Source: an uncultured Prevotellaceae bacterium (GTDB lineage: Bacteria > Bacteroidota > Bacteroidia > Bacteroidales > Bacteroidaceae). Taken from it: a stretch of DNA of 64,000 nt. Position numbers and translations under genes: made by a program. Below, in pieces: positions 17,301 to 24,988 of this stretch. Each line of letters opens with the position of its first letter. Within the stretch, counting starts at the first letter, position 1. A model generated the notes under the pieces. The model searched no databases. It saw only the letters and a program-made list of their open reading frames with translations, and was not told the origin of the DNA. The stretch covers positions 1,775-65,774 of the forward strand of contig ONSV01000020.1 of the NCBI GenBank assembly GCA_900320585.1. Direction: 5' to 3'.

Positions 17301-18039
17301 CGAACGAATAGCAGGTGGTGACGTGAAGCTTGCTCACGGGGTCGCTGCGGGTGTCGTTGGCAATGCCCGACTTGCTGGTGTCGTTCCATTTGAAGATGCG
17401 GTAGGAGGAGATACGGCCATCGAGCACGTCGGGCAACACGGCCATCTCAAGGTCCTTGGTGTCGGCAATGAAGCAACGGCTGTAGCCACGTCCCTTGGCA
17501 CGGGTGGAGAAGGTGACCATATAGCCACGTTTGAGCTTGAAACTGTGTATACGGTTGTTGAGCTTCTCCGGGCTGAGGGTGTTCATGAACCCACCACTGT
17601 TTTCCAGTCCGAAGGCATCCACGGCCTCGCCCTGGAAATGTGACTCGGAATAGACGGTAAGGGGGCGTATGTCACTGGAATAGGGCATGATGATACTGCC
17701 ACGGTTGTAGATCTTCACCTGGCAGTTCACGTTGTTCTCGGCACGCTCTCCGCCAATTTGGATATGCTGCAGCTGATGGAGGGCTTCCGAGGGCCTCAGC
17801 GCCTGGAGTATCACCACGGCATGGTCGGTGTTGACGATGTTGACGATGCCCTCGTTGGCAAAGGGCGTTGACGATGTGATCACATAGTCCACATCCTCGG
17901 TGAGGTTGACCAGGCTGCTCACTTGGCTGACCGTCTCTCTGGTGTTGGCCACGGCATGTGTCGTAAAGGCACAGGCCGAGACCATGGTCGCGAGGAAAAG
18001 ATGAAGGAAGTGATGATACGATTGGCTCATGTGTCTCAT
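14329..18039 (-). CDS. Secreted GH128-like (Glyco_hydro_cc, clan GH-A) glycoside hydrolase with crystallin-like, FN3 and CBM-like domains and T9SS-type CTD
   Basis: Hydrophobic signal; KTNNEPGN, MRLCSPS, CDIIDLHCYW, RPVWISEW, YIERYFYWN; tail LYRPDGRRV...PGLYIQERDGVMRKVILR. Confidence 0.7.
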   Translation of the reverse strand: MRHMSQSYHHFLHLFLATMVSACAFTTHAVANTRETVSQVSSLVNLTEDVDYVITSSTPFANEGIVNIVNTDHAVVILQALRPSEALHQLQHIQIGGERAENNVNCQVKIYNRGSIIMPYSSDIRPLTVYSESHFQGEAVDAFGLENSGGFMNTLSPEKLNNRIHSFKLKRGYMVTFSTRAKGRGYSRCFIADTKDLEMAVLPDVLDGRISSYRIFKWNDTSKSGIANDTRSDPVSKLHVTTCYSFGLGEDRRPDCECVPHHIYEDWPSASSCGSVSYSPHMKTNNEPGNSVDDHPQTVNEILANWENLMATGMRLCSPSSHDGSLYHLHDFLDSIDARGWRCDIIDLHCYWPEGSFNTIKGNWVDRHHRPVWISEWVWGASWNNNGIFGIATGSYRDNPTESQLQQNKNAVKNICSKLNSWDYIERYFYWNSEANCSKLYLSNGTLTPAGEYYADMDTGLGYNGHYEFVPTNPRTSVPTAFRVSYDKTTHHATLTWSDSNGEFNQLMTVERKTPGGEWETVGSIPFGEDPGSYTYEDDDSNDGHTYRIHLVDYKGDHLYSPELTAMPDEVEAGDAINVSGEVMYVGGNLFANGDFALGTTDWQDGSGQDLRKPYFSTSAVGGPLGGPYLQSWTNMAADQAGSLRKRIDIVPGQTYYFSAHSRGNGGSYQRISFTSDGITEGNVIKRLDKSTDWTHHFTMFQSGSNSQAILAFRWLGAQSQFANLTLCRLFNTREEAIADGISASLKRAQAVMAYNTIAPTLNTRLQETIDHVSALTEPKNDDLKLLNDEISRVLEGMRDKPSLDELLLTVDKGLAFALPGAGQLRQAADEARNSTDYSQALVHLRSAWQEYLPLLETDHIKSPDFDGTEGWTLRCGTYTQGVQYPTTKNGRSCWLARWSDLSATEGKAATMQVRQTLTSTLTHGIYVLQCAAATEHNCLSDQHGYLVVSGDTLTTSNLRLDRQDLPTVPDDQVWQTMTTIPVYINDDDAVEVGFVGSKAGAEDGTWLEYANPSSANDLREGSWCATGFRLLHSPLYRRQAERFSYGTICLPYAATASDSMKVYRIAGLLADSTKICLEEVDRMEAGVPYIYYTEKSDVVFYETGEAVEEPTPGANNLRGYLRTNSRTNVGNYVMVGNGFYLVTSGHRQRISSYTALITSKDGMEVLDSYDGPTLTISETPWQDIADGISSPKVHHPHRDGLYRPDGRRVHKGERHAPGLYIQERDGVMRKVILRD

Positions 18040-18042
18040 GTT

Positions 18043-20757
18043 TTATTTTCTGATGATTTTGTGACTTCTCACCTTGCCGTCCTGGTGATGGTCGGTCACG
18101 ATGTTAAGGCCTTTTCTTGGTGCTTGCAGCTCGGTACCATCGGGACTGAAATAGCGCGACTTGACGACTGGTGAATAGTCCAGGGGCATGTCGGCGACCG
18201 ACTCCGTGTCGTTCATCACGCGGGTCACCTCGTCGGCGTCGAGCGCATGGTCGTAGATGCGCAGGTCGTCGATACACCCTTTGAAAATGGGGTCATTGGC
18301 AAATTGGCTGCAACCGATGAGGTTGAGCACGGGATGGAAGTCGGCCGGGCGGATGCTGAAAGCCTGGTTGTGGGCCACAGGCTCTCCGTCGATGTAAAGG
18401 GTGACATCCTCCTTGCCCAGCACAACGGCAATATGCTTCCAGTGATAGGTCGACAGGCGGTCGGTGCTGACAATCTGCTCCTCGCCGCCGTTCTTTGCCA
18501 CCAGCCTCATCTCGCTGCCATTGCTTGGCGTGAGGAAGAGATACTGGCTGGTGCCGTTGCCGAAGTCGAAGATGCGCTGCCAGGCCTGCCCTCCCTGCCA
18601 GTAGACCCATACGCAGAAGGTCAGTTCTTCCAGGTCGGCTGCCTGGGGAGGCAGCTGCAGGTAGGTGCTGCCGCTCAGGTAGAGCGATTTCGTTCCTTCG
18701 CGTTTCTGCACCGACTGATAGGTCGGGGCGGCATTGATAGCAGCGTCCATCTCATGCGGGGTAATGTCGGTGAGGGTGTCGTCGAAGGGATAGCGTGCCA
18801 CCAGCCCCTTCTCGTTGGTGAGCGAGGCAGAGACGGATGCCGACGCTTCAGAGCGGTTGCCAGCCTTGTCCACGGCCAGCACCCGGTAATGGTATGCTGT
18901 GCCGGCAGAGGCACTGTTGTCGACGAATGCCGTACCCACCACATCGCGGCCTATCACATTCCAGGCAATGCTGTCGTCACCGACGGCCTCGCCACGAAGG
19001 ATGTAGTATCCTGCCAGGTCGTCTTCGGCATTGGCGTCCCAGCTCAGCAATAGCGAGTGGTTGCGGGGCTCCACCGAAAGACCCGTGGGCGCTGTGGGCG
19101 CATGGGTCTCGCATACGGTGCCCACAGGCAAGAGACGCCAGCGCTGGTTGTCGGCTCCTGTAAAGGCGCCTTGTTGTATCATGGCACCATTGGCGGTGCT
19201 GTTGCTCCTCACTTCCAGGCACAGGCTGCTGTGCCGGGAGCGAATGAAGAAGTCGCCATCGCCGGCATACTCGAAATACCATTGCTCGTTGGTGCCGCCA
19301 TTGCCGTCCCACAGGATGACCTGCCCGCCAGAGCCAAGCGACCAGTCCTTCACGTCGAGATGCATTTGGTCGTTGGCGGCATTGCTGATATAGGCGTAGC
19401 TGAAGTCACCGCCAACCTTGCTGCTCACCGCAGAGACTTTCCAGTGATGGTGCTCCTTGGGCGAGGCAGGGTCGTAGGTCTGCTGGATGATGCCCCGTCC
19501 GGCAATGGCATTGTTGCCACTCACGCCAATCACCTTCTTTGAGTTCTTGTTCATGATCACAAAGGTGCCTCCTTCAAGTGGTGCCAGAGGAGGGACGTCG
19601 GGGCCGCGGACAATCTGGATGCAGCGCTCCGCATTGGTCTGGCCTTTCTGGTAGCCCGTGCCGCCAGGCATCTCTATCGGGAAGACCGCCATAGGTCCCC
19701 ATCCGTCGTAATAGACATTTCCACCGAGTGAGAGCAACTGGTATGTGGAGGTGGATGCCTGGCGCTCGCTGGTGCCTAAGATGGCATTCACATGGCCGTC
19801 GGGCAGACGGTAGACGGCGGCTGCCGACCATGCATCGCGGTTCTCGGCATAGCCCAGACGGGCACCTTCGCCCGTGTTGGCCTTGCAGAAATTGCCGCGG
19901 GCCAGTGCGTCGAACCCCCACCAGATGCCCGACTGCATGCCATATTCCATCCCCACGATGCCCTCCATCACGTTGTGGAGCTCATCGTTGGTGGCATAGT
20001 TGCCGTCGGAGCGCACCGACTCGAAGAAAGAGGCGTAGTTGTCGAAACTGCCTGCCAATTGGTGGGTGTTGCCTTCCTGAACGTAGGGCTTCAGGTGATT
20101 ATACCATTCATAGGCCCGGTCGCAGTTGAGCGTGTTGCCGCCAGAGATGCGGATGTTGGCAAAATCGGCATCCTGGCTCAACAGTTGGCAGATAGCGCGG
20201 AAATCGTCCTTGCTCCCCTCGTTCCAACCCGTATAGTCGGGCTCGTTGAATGGCGCCACCGTCACCACGTTGATGCCAAGGCTTTGGGCGTAGCGCACGC
20301 TAGCTTTGATGAGCCTGTACCATTCCTCGGGCTTTCCCTTGTATTGGTAGTTGGTGGTGGCCATCGCCTCATGGTCGCAGTTCATCTGCACATCGGTCAC
20401 GCCCGAGAGCTTGATGTGGCTGATGCGGCTTCTGAGAGCCGATTTCTGGCTCTCGGTGAGCTCGCCGTTCTCATCGACGAAGTAGTTGGGCTGGAAGGAG
20501 ATGCGGCCGGTACTCAGATGGTCGTTGCCAATGAAGAGCGTGCCGCGGCGCACGTTGCCTTCGTCGTCCCAGGCGGTGTCCATGCCGAAATGGGCGGTTT
20601 GCCTGATGCCTTCGGCATCGTATTGGTAGGGCAGGGCAACTCCCTTGCCCACAGCACGCATCCATTGGCTGGCATGCTCATGGCGCACGTTTTCCTGTGC
20701 GTGGGAGCAGAGTGGCAAAAATAATATAAAAGGTAGGAGAAGGAATATCCGTTTCAT
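18043..20757 (-). CDS. Secreted putative clan GH-A glycoside hydrolase with ricin-B (CBM13-like), FN3 and LamG domains and T9SS-type CTD
   Basis: Signal MKRIFLLLPFILFLPLCSHA-Q; VAPFNEPDY and ATNDELH; ricin QxW repeats (NEQWYF, NQRWRL); LamG WQRIFDFG, WKHIAV, KGCIDDLRIYDHAL; tail RYFSPDG...KGLNIV...KIIRK. Confidence 0.75.
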   Translation of the reverse strand: MKRIFLLLPFILFLPLCSHAQENVRHEHASQWMRAVGKGVALPYQYDAEGIRQTAHFGMDTAWDDEGNVRRGTLFIGNDHLSTGRISFQPNYFVDENGELTESQKSALRSRISHIKLSGVTDVQMNCDHEAMATTNYQYKGKPEEWYRLIKASVRYAQSLGINVVTVAPFNEPDYTGWNEGSKDDFRAICQLLSQDADFANIRISGGNTLNCDRAYEWYNHLKPYVQEGNTHQLAGSFDNYASFFESVRSDGNYATNDELHNVMEGIVGMEYGMQSGIWWGFDALARGNFCKANTGEGARLGYAENRDAWSAAAVYRLPDGHVNAILGTSERQASTSTYQLLSLGGNVYYDGWGPMAVFPIEMPGGTGYQKGQTNAERCIQIVRGPDVPPLAPLEGGTFVIMNKNSKKVIGVSGNNAIAGRGIIQQTYDPASPKEHHHWKVSAVSSKVGGDFSYAYISNAANDQMHLDVKDWSLGSGGQVILWDGNGGTNEQWYFEYAGDGDFFIRSRHSSLCLEVRSNSTANGAMIQQGAFTGADNQRWRLLPVGTVCETHAPTAPTGLSVEPRNHSLLLSWDANAEDDLAGYYILRGEAVGDDSIAWNVIGRDVVGTAFVDNSASAGTAYHYRVLAVDKAGNRSEASASVSASLTNEKGLVARYPFDDTLTDITPHEMDAAINAAPTYQSVQKREGTKSLYLSGSTYLQLPPQAADLEELTFCVWVYWQGGQAWQRIFDFGNGTSQYLFLTPSNGSEMRLVAKNGGEEQIVSTDRLSTYHWKHIAVVLGKEDVTLYIDGEPVAHNQAFSIRPADFHPVLNLIGCSQFANDPIFKGCIDDLRIYDHALDADEVTRVMNDTESVADMPLDYSPVVKSRYFSPDGTELQAPRKGLNIVTDHHQDGKVRSHKIIRK

Positions 20758-20788
20758 CGAGTGTAAGGTTGATTTGAGGTTGATGTTG

Positions 20789-20796
20789 CAAATTTA
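20789..20796 (-). promoter_or_regulatory. sigma-A -7 element TAAATTTG
   Basis: TAnnTTTG about 30 bp upstream of ATG 20757. Confidence 0.55.
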
Positions 20797-20952
20797 ATGA
20801 TTTTTTTCTCTAAATTCAATACATCGCTTGTTTTTCATCAAAATTGTTCATTTTTGGAAGGGAAAAAACAATTATTGTAAATAAACACTTATTTTTGGCG
20901 CCCAAACTGAAAAAAAGCGAATAAGTATGATGATGGTTTCATTTTTTCTTTC

Positions 20953-20960
20953 TATTTTTG
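20953..20960 (+). promoter_or_regulatory. sigma-A -7 element TATTTTTG (second candidate at 20890-20897)
   Basis: TAnnTTTG upstream of ATG 21021/21027. Confidence 0.45.
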
Positions 20961-21020
20961 TACTCGAATATCTATGCTTTAACCTTTTTTTTCGCAAATA
21001 ACCTAAACTTTAATTGTTAA

Positions 21021-24000
21021 ATGCCTATGAAACGATCAAAACTACTCCTATTGGGTGCATTGTTGCTTCTTTGTGGCAGTGCAAGTGCTGAATTGGTGAA
21101 TGGCGTGCGCGTAAAGCCGGTTCCTGCCAGCCAGGGATTCGCTGCGAGCGAGACCGTCGACACCTATTACTTCCTTTACAACACATCGGCCAAGATGTTC
21201 TTCACCGAGGGAAATGCGTGGGGAACCCAGGCCAGTGTGGCTGATGCCGGACTGAAGGTGGCCTTCACGCTCTATGAGGGTGGCGAGGCTTACATCTTCA
21301 ACGATTTCTCCTTGAACAAGAATGGCTGGCGTGAAGTGTTCTTCGACAGCGAGACACAGATGTACGTCGACCGCAACGGCCAGGCCAACTATGGATGGGC
21401 AGTAGAGCAGAATGGGGCGACCTTCCGTCTCCATGCCGCCGACGACCCCATCATCAACCCCTCGTTCAGCTGGACCGCTTATCCCAACCAGTATGTGGGC
21501 CTGGATGTGACGGCGAGCGCCAACAACACCGCCCTCTCGCCCTTCCTCTCCGTGGAAGAAGGCCATTACATCGACTGGGCATTGGTGACAGAGGACAACT
21601 ACAACGCTTACGAAGAGCTGGTGAAGGTCTACAACAAGGCCCAGGAACTGCTCGACGCCATCCTTGCCGCCGAGGCAGAGGGCGTGGATGTGAGCGCACA
21701 GCGTGCCGTCTATGAGAATGAGGATGCCACGATAGAGGAACTCGAGGCTGCCATACAGGCCGTGAAACAGGCCCTGCTCCAGGCTGCCGAGAAGAATGCC
21801 AGCGTCGAGAAACCCATGAACATGACGAGTTCGATTGTCAACCCCAAGTATGAGGGCAACTCCAATGGATGGAGCGGCACAGCTCCCGACCTGCAGTACA
21901 ATGTGGCTGAGTTCTACAACAAGAACTACAATATGTACCAGGCCATCAATACCATGCCGAAGGGTGTCTACGGACTGAAGGTGAAAGGTTACTATCGTGA
22001 CGGTGGATTCTCTGGCTCTGCCTACGATGGCTACCTGAATGGAAAGGATGCCAAGAATGCGCTGATGTATGCCACGGCTGGCGAGGAGACCATGACCTCA
22101 CCGCTCATGTCCATCTATGCAGGTGGCGTGGAGGATACCTATGGCAACGGCACAGAGGTGACGGTGACATCGGCCGACGGACATACCATCTATATCCCCA
22201 ACATGCGTGAGTCGGCAGAGATCTACTTCAACAACAACCGCTACAACGACAACCTCGTGGTATTCGGAACAAACACCAACGAGTTTACCATCGGACTGAA
22301 GAAGGAAGTGGCTGTCGGTAGTGACTGGACTTGCTTCGTGGGATGGGAACTTGAGTACTATGGCACAGGTGCCGACGCTTACAAGTATTGGGCACAGGAT
22401 CTGGTGAAGAATCCGCGCGACGTCGACAACTTCGTCTACTATACCACAGCGGTCAACGATGCCTACAAGGCTGCTGTTGCCGGGGCCGCCAATGCTTCCA
22501 CCTACGACGAAGTGATTGCCGCCGCCAACGCCATCAAGGAAGCCAGCAGGCTGGTGGATGAGAACCAGGAAGCATGGGCCACCTACAACGAGGCTGTGGC
22601 CTATTCGCTCAATGTGGCCTCCAACCCCAACCTCAACCTCGACGACGAGCGTTTCGATGACTTCGTCGACTATATGGACGAGGGATTCGACGGCATGAAC
22701 TACCGTAAGTTCCAGTTAGACCACAGCAAGACCACCGAGGAGGTGCTCGCTGAGGCCAAGCGCCTGCGTGAGATGGCTGAGTATGCCGCCAAGAACGCTA
22801 TCAAGGAAGGTACCGACGTGACCGACCTCTATCTCGTCAACCCGAGTTATGAGGATGGCGACAAGGGTTGGACTGGCTCACCCGCCATCGGTGGACCTGC
22901 CAACAACAGGTGTGCCGAGGCTTACGACCGTGCCAACTTCGATATCTACCAGGTGGTGAGCAACGCTCCCGTGGGTGTCTATGAGATTTCGCTCCAGGGA
23001 TTCTTCCGCCTGCAGAGAGACAATGCTGCCTACGAGCTCTACAACTCGGGTGGCCAGGTATGCCCCGTTTGGGTATATGTCAACAACAACAACTCTGAGT
23101 TCAAGTGCGTATTTGATGAGCCCGTGCCAGTGAACACCGTCTATACAGAGGGTGCCTGGGCACCAGCCGACAGCGTCTCTTGGTATCCCAACACCATGAC
23201 CAGTGCAGGAGAGGCATTCTCGGCTGGCATGTACGTAAGTTCGGCCTACGGACTCGTGGCCAAGGAAGGTGGCGAGCTCCGTCTTGGCGTGAAGGGTGAC
23301 CTCACTGGCCCCAACTGGGCTATCTGGGACAACTTCCGTATGGTATTCAAGGGATTTGACGCCGATGCCGTCCGTCCGGAACTCGAGAAGACTTTGACCG
23401 AAATGAAGGCTTACCTCACTGCCAACATGGCACAGGAGACCATCGATGCCGTAGCTGCCGCTGTCCAGGCTGCCGAAGCCGCACTCCAGGGCAACGACGG
23501 AAAGACGATGTTCTACGCCCTCTCCGACCTCTTCGACCTTCGTGAGCAGGCCACCAACTCAGTGGCGCTCTATGAGAAGCTGCGCTCCGCTGTCGACAAC
23601 CTGGCCGCTGCCCTTCTTACCGCCGAATGCAGTGAGGAGACCATGGCAGCCGCACAGAGCCTGTATGCTGAGGTGGACAATGGCCTGACCGCCAAGACCA
23701 TCACCAACGAGCAGGTGCCTGAGTATCTGAAAAAGATCTCGGAGATGCGCATACGCCTCATGGGCGACGCTTCGGATGCTAATCCTGTCAACGTCACCGC
23801 TATCCTCTCATGTCCTGACTTCAACGACGAGGAAGGCAATGACTCACAGGCTGGATGGGCCGGCACGCTCGGAGCATTCGCTCAGACCGCCAACACCGGC
23901 ACGCCTGCCATCGAGTTCTACCAGAAGAGCAATGTCGATATCTACCAGGATGTAGAGGGACTGCCCAACGGTATCTATGAGATCAAGGCTACCGCCATGT

Positions 24001-24563
24001 GCCGTCTGGGATCGACCTCCGACGACTTCGCCGCCTATGCCGCCAATCCCGATGCCAGCACCGCATACCTCTATGGAATGACCAACGATGTGGTCAGCTC
24101 AGTGCCGCTCAAGACGCTTGCCTCGGGTGCTGTTGACTTCGACCCGGGTATCGATGGCCAGACTTCATACACCAACGCCGATGGTGTCACCCTGTTTGTT
24201 CCCAACACCATGCTTTCGTTCCTCAGTTGGGCAGAATTCGAGACTCATCCTTACCAGAACAGTGTCTTTGTGAAGGTAGAGAACGGCAAACTGCGCATCG
24301 GTGTCAAGAAACCAGGTGATTATGCAGCCAACGACTGGATGATCATGGACAACTTCCGCCTGTACTACTATGGTGAGAACAGCCAGATTGATCCCAGTGG
24401 CGACGCCGAGGGCATCGACGAGGCTCAGGTCACGAAGACTGTGAAACTGGAAATCTTCACTGTAAACGGAAATCGTCTGCAAACCCTGCAGAAGGGTCTC
24501 AACATCGTGAAGCAGACCATGTCGGACGGCACGGTGAAGGTGAACAAGATTCTCGTGAAGTAA
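21021..24563 (+). CDS. Large secreted non-catalytic protein with three repeated CBM-like modules, helical linkers and T9SS-type CTD
   Basis: Signal MKRSKLLLLGALLLLCGSASA; three copies of a motif like T..I.NP...GW...E.Y...D.YQ....P.G.Y.....G..R...DNFRL; tail IFTVNGNRLQTLQKGLNIVKQTMSDGTVKVNKILVK; no catalytic motif seen. Confidence 0.8.
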   Translation: MPMKRSKLLLLGALLLLCGSASAELVNGVRVKPVPASQGFAASETVDTYYFLYNTSAKMFFTEGNAWGTQASVADAGLKVAFTLYEGGEAYIFNDFSLNKNGWREVFFDSETQMYVDRNGQANYGWAVEQNGATFRLHAADDPIINPSFSWTAYPNQYVGLDVTASANNTALSPFLSVEEGHYIDWALVTEDNYNAYEELVKVYNKAQELLDAILAAEAEGVDVSAQRAVYENEDATIEELEAAIQAVKQALLQAAEKNASVEKPMNMTSSIVNPKYEGNSNGWSGTAPDLQYNVAEFYNKNYNMYQAINTMPKGVYGLKVKGYYRDGGFSGSAYDGYLNGKDAKNALMYATAGEETMTSPLMSIYAGGVEDTYGNGTEVTVTSADGHTIYIPNMRESAEIYFNNNRYNDNLVVFGTNTNEFTIGLKKEVAVGSDWTCFVGWELEYYGTGADAYKYWAQDLVKNPRDVDNFVYYTTAVNDAYKAAVAGAANASTYDEVIAAANAIKEASRLVDENQEAWATYNEAVAYSLNVASNPNLNLDDERFDDFVDYMDEGFDGMNYRKFQLDHSKTTEEVLAEAKRLREMAEYAAKNAIKEGTDVTDLYLVNPSYEDGDKGWTGSPAIGGPANNRCAEAYDRANFDIYQVVSNAPVGVYEISLQGFFRLQRDNAAYELYNSGGQVCPVWVYVNNNNSEFKCVFDEPVPVNTVYTEGAWAPADSVSWYPNTMTSAGEAFSAGMYVSSAYGLVAKEGGELRLGVKGDLTGPNWAIWDNFRMVFKGFDADAVRPELEKTLTEMKAYLTANMAQETIDAVAAAVQAAEAALQGNDGKTMFYALSDLFDLREQATNSVALYEKLRSAVDNLAAALLTAECSEETMAAAQSLYAEVDNGLTAKTITNEQVPEYLKKISEMRIRLMGDASDANPVNVTAILSCPDFNDEEGNDSQAGWAGTLGAFAQTANTGTPAIEFYQKSNVDIYQDVEGLPNGIYEIKATAMCRLGSTSDDFAAYAANPDASTAYLYGMTNDVVSSVPLKTLASGAVDFDPGIDGQTSYTNADGVTLFVPNTMLSFLSWAEFETHPYQNSVFVKVENGKLRIGVKKPGDYAANDWMIMDNFRLYYYGENSQIDPSGDAEGIDEAQVTKTVKLEIFTVNGNRLQTLQKGLNIVKQTMSDGTVKVNKILVK

Positions 24564-24594
24564 CTACATGACAAAACGGGAATAATCCACTGAA

Positions 24595-24646
24595 GAGAGA
24601 GCAGGGAACACCCCCAAAGGGTGTTGCCCGCTCTCTCCTTTTCTTT
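24595..24646 (+). terminator. Rho-independent terminator
   Basis: Imperfect stem GAGAGAGCAGGGAACACCC/GGGTGTTGCCCGCTCTCTC followed by CTTTTCTTT. Confidence 0.65.
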
Positions 24647-24862
24647 ATGCTGTGAGTAACCATTCAGAACAACCTGTTCTTTCCCCTTATGGGACCTGGC
24701 CTGAAAAAGCCTTTGCTCACCACATCCTTTCTTCTCATTGCCAGCGGGACTGCGGGCCAAGGTCGTGACGGCCATTGGCGCCCCAGGCAGAGGACCCCTT
24801 ATCAGCCCGCATCATCATGGCGGGAAATCAGCCTTTCGGGTGATGGGGGGCTCTATGCCGGA

Positions 24863-24870
24863 TAGATTTG
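24863..24870 (+). promoter_or_regulatory. Candidate sigma-A -7 element TAGATTTG for the fasciclin/SusCD operon
   Basis: TAnnTTTG about 120 bp upstream of ATG 24989. Confidence 0.35.
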
Positions 24871-24988
24871 CCATAGACCTCTCGATTTGTGAATGCAAGG
24901 TTGAGATGTGATATCCCTTTTTCATGCCGGGAAACCTACCTAATAACTACGTTCTGTAGAGTGAACACGAAACCATAAATGATAAGAT

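Noticed and set aside
10481-20880. Shared regulator motif (TTGTTTTT...AACAATTA) in the two divergent promoter gaps at ~10490-10537 and ~20829-20874
   Set aside because: Short matches in very AT-rich DNA that I cannot distinguish from chance without comparative data.
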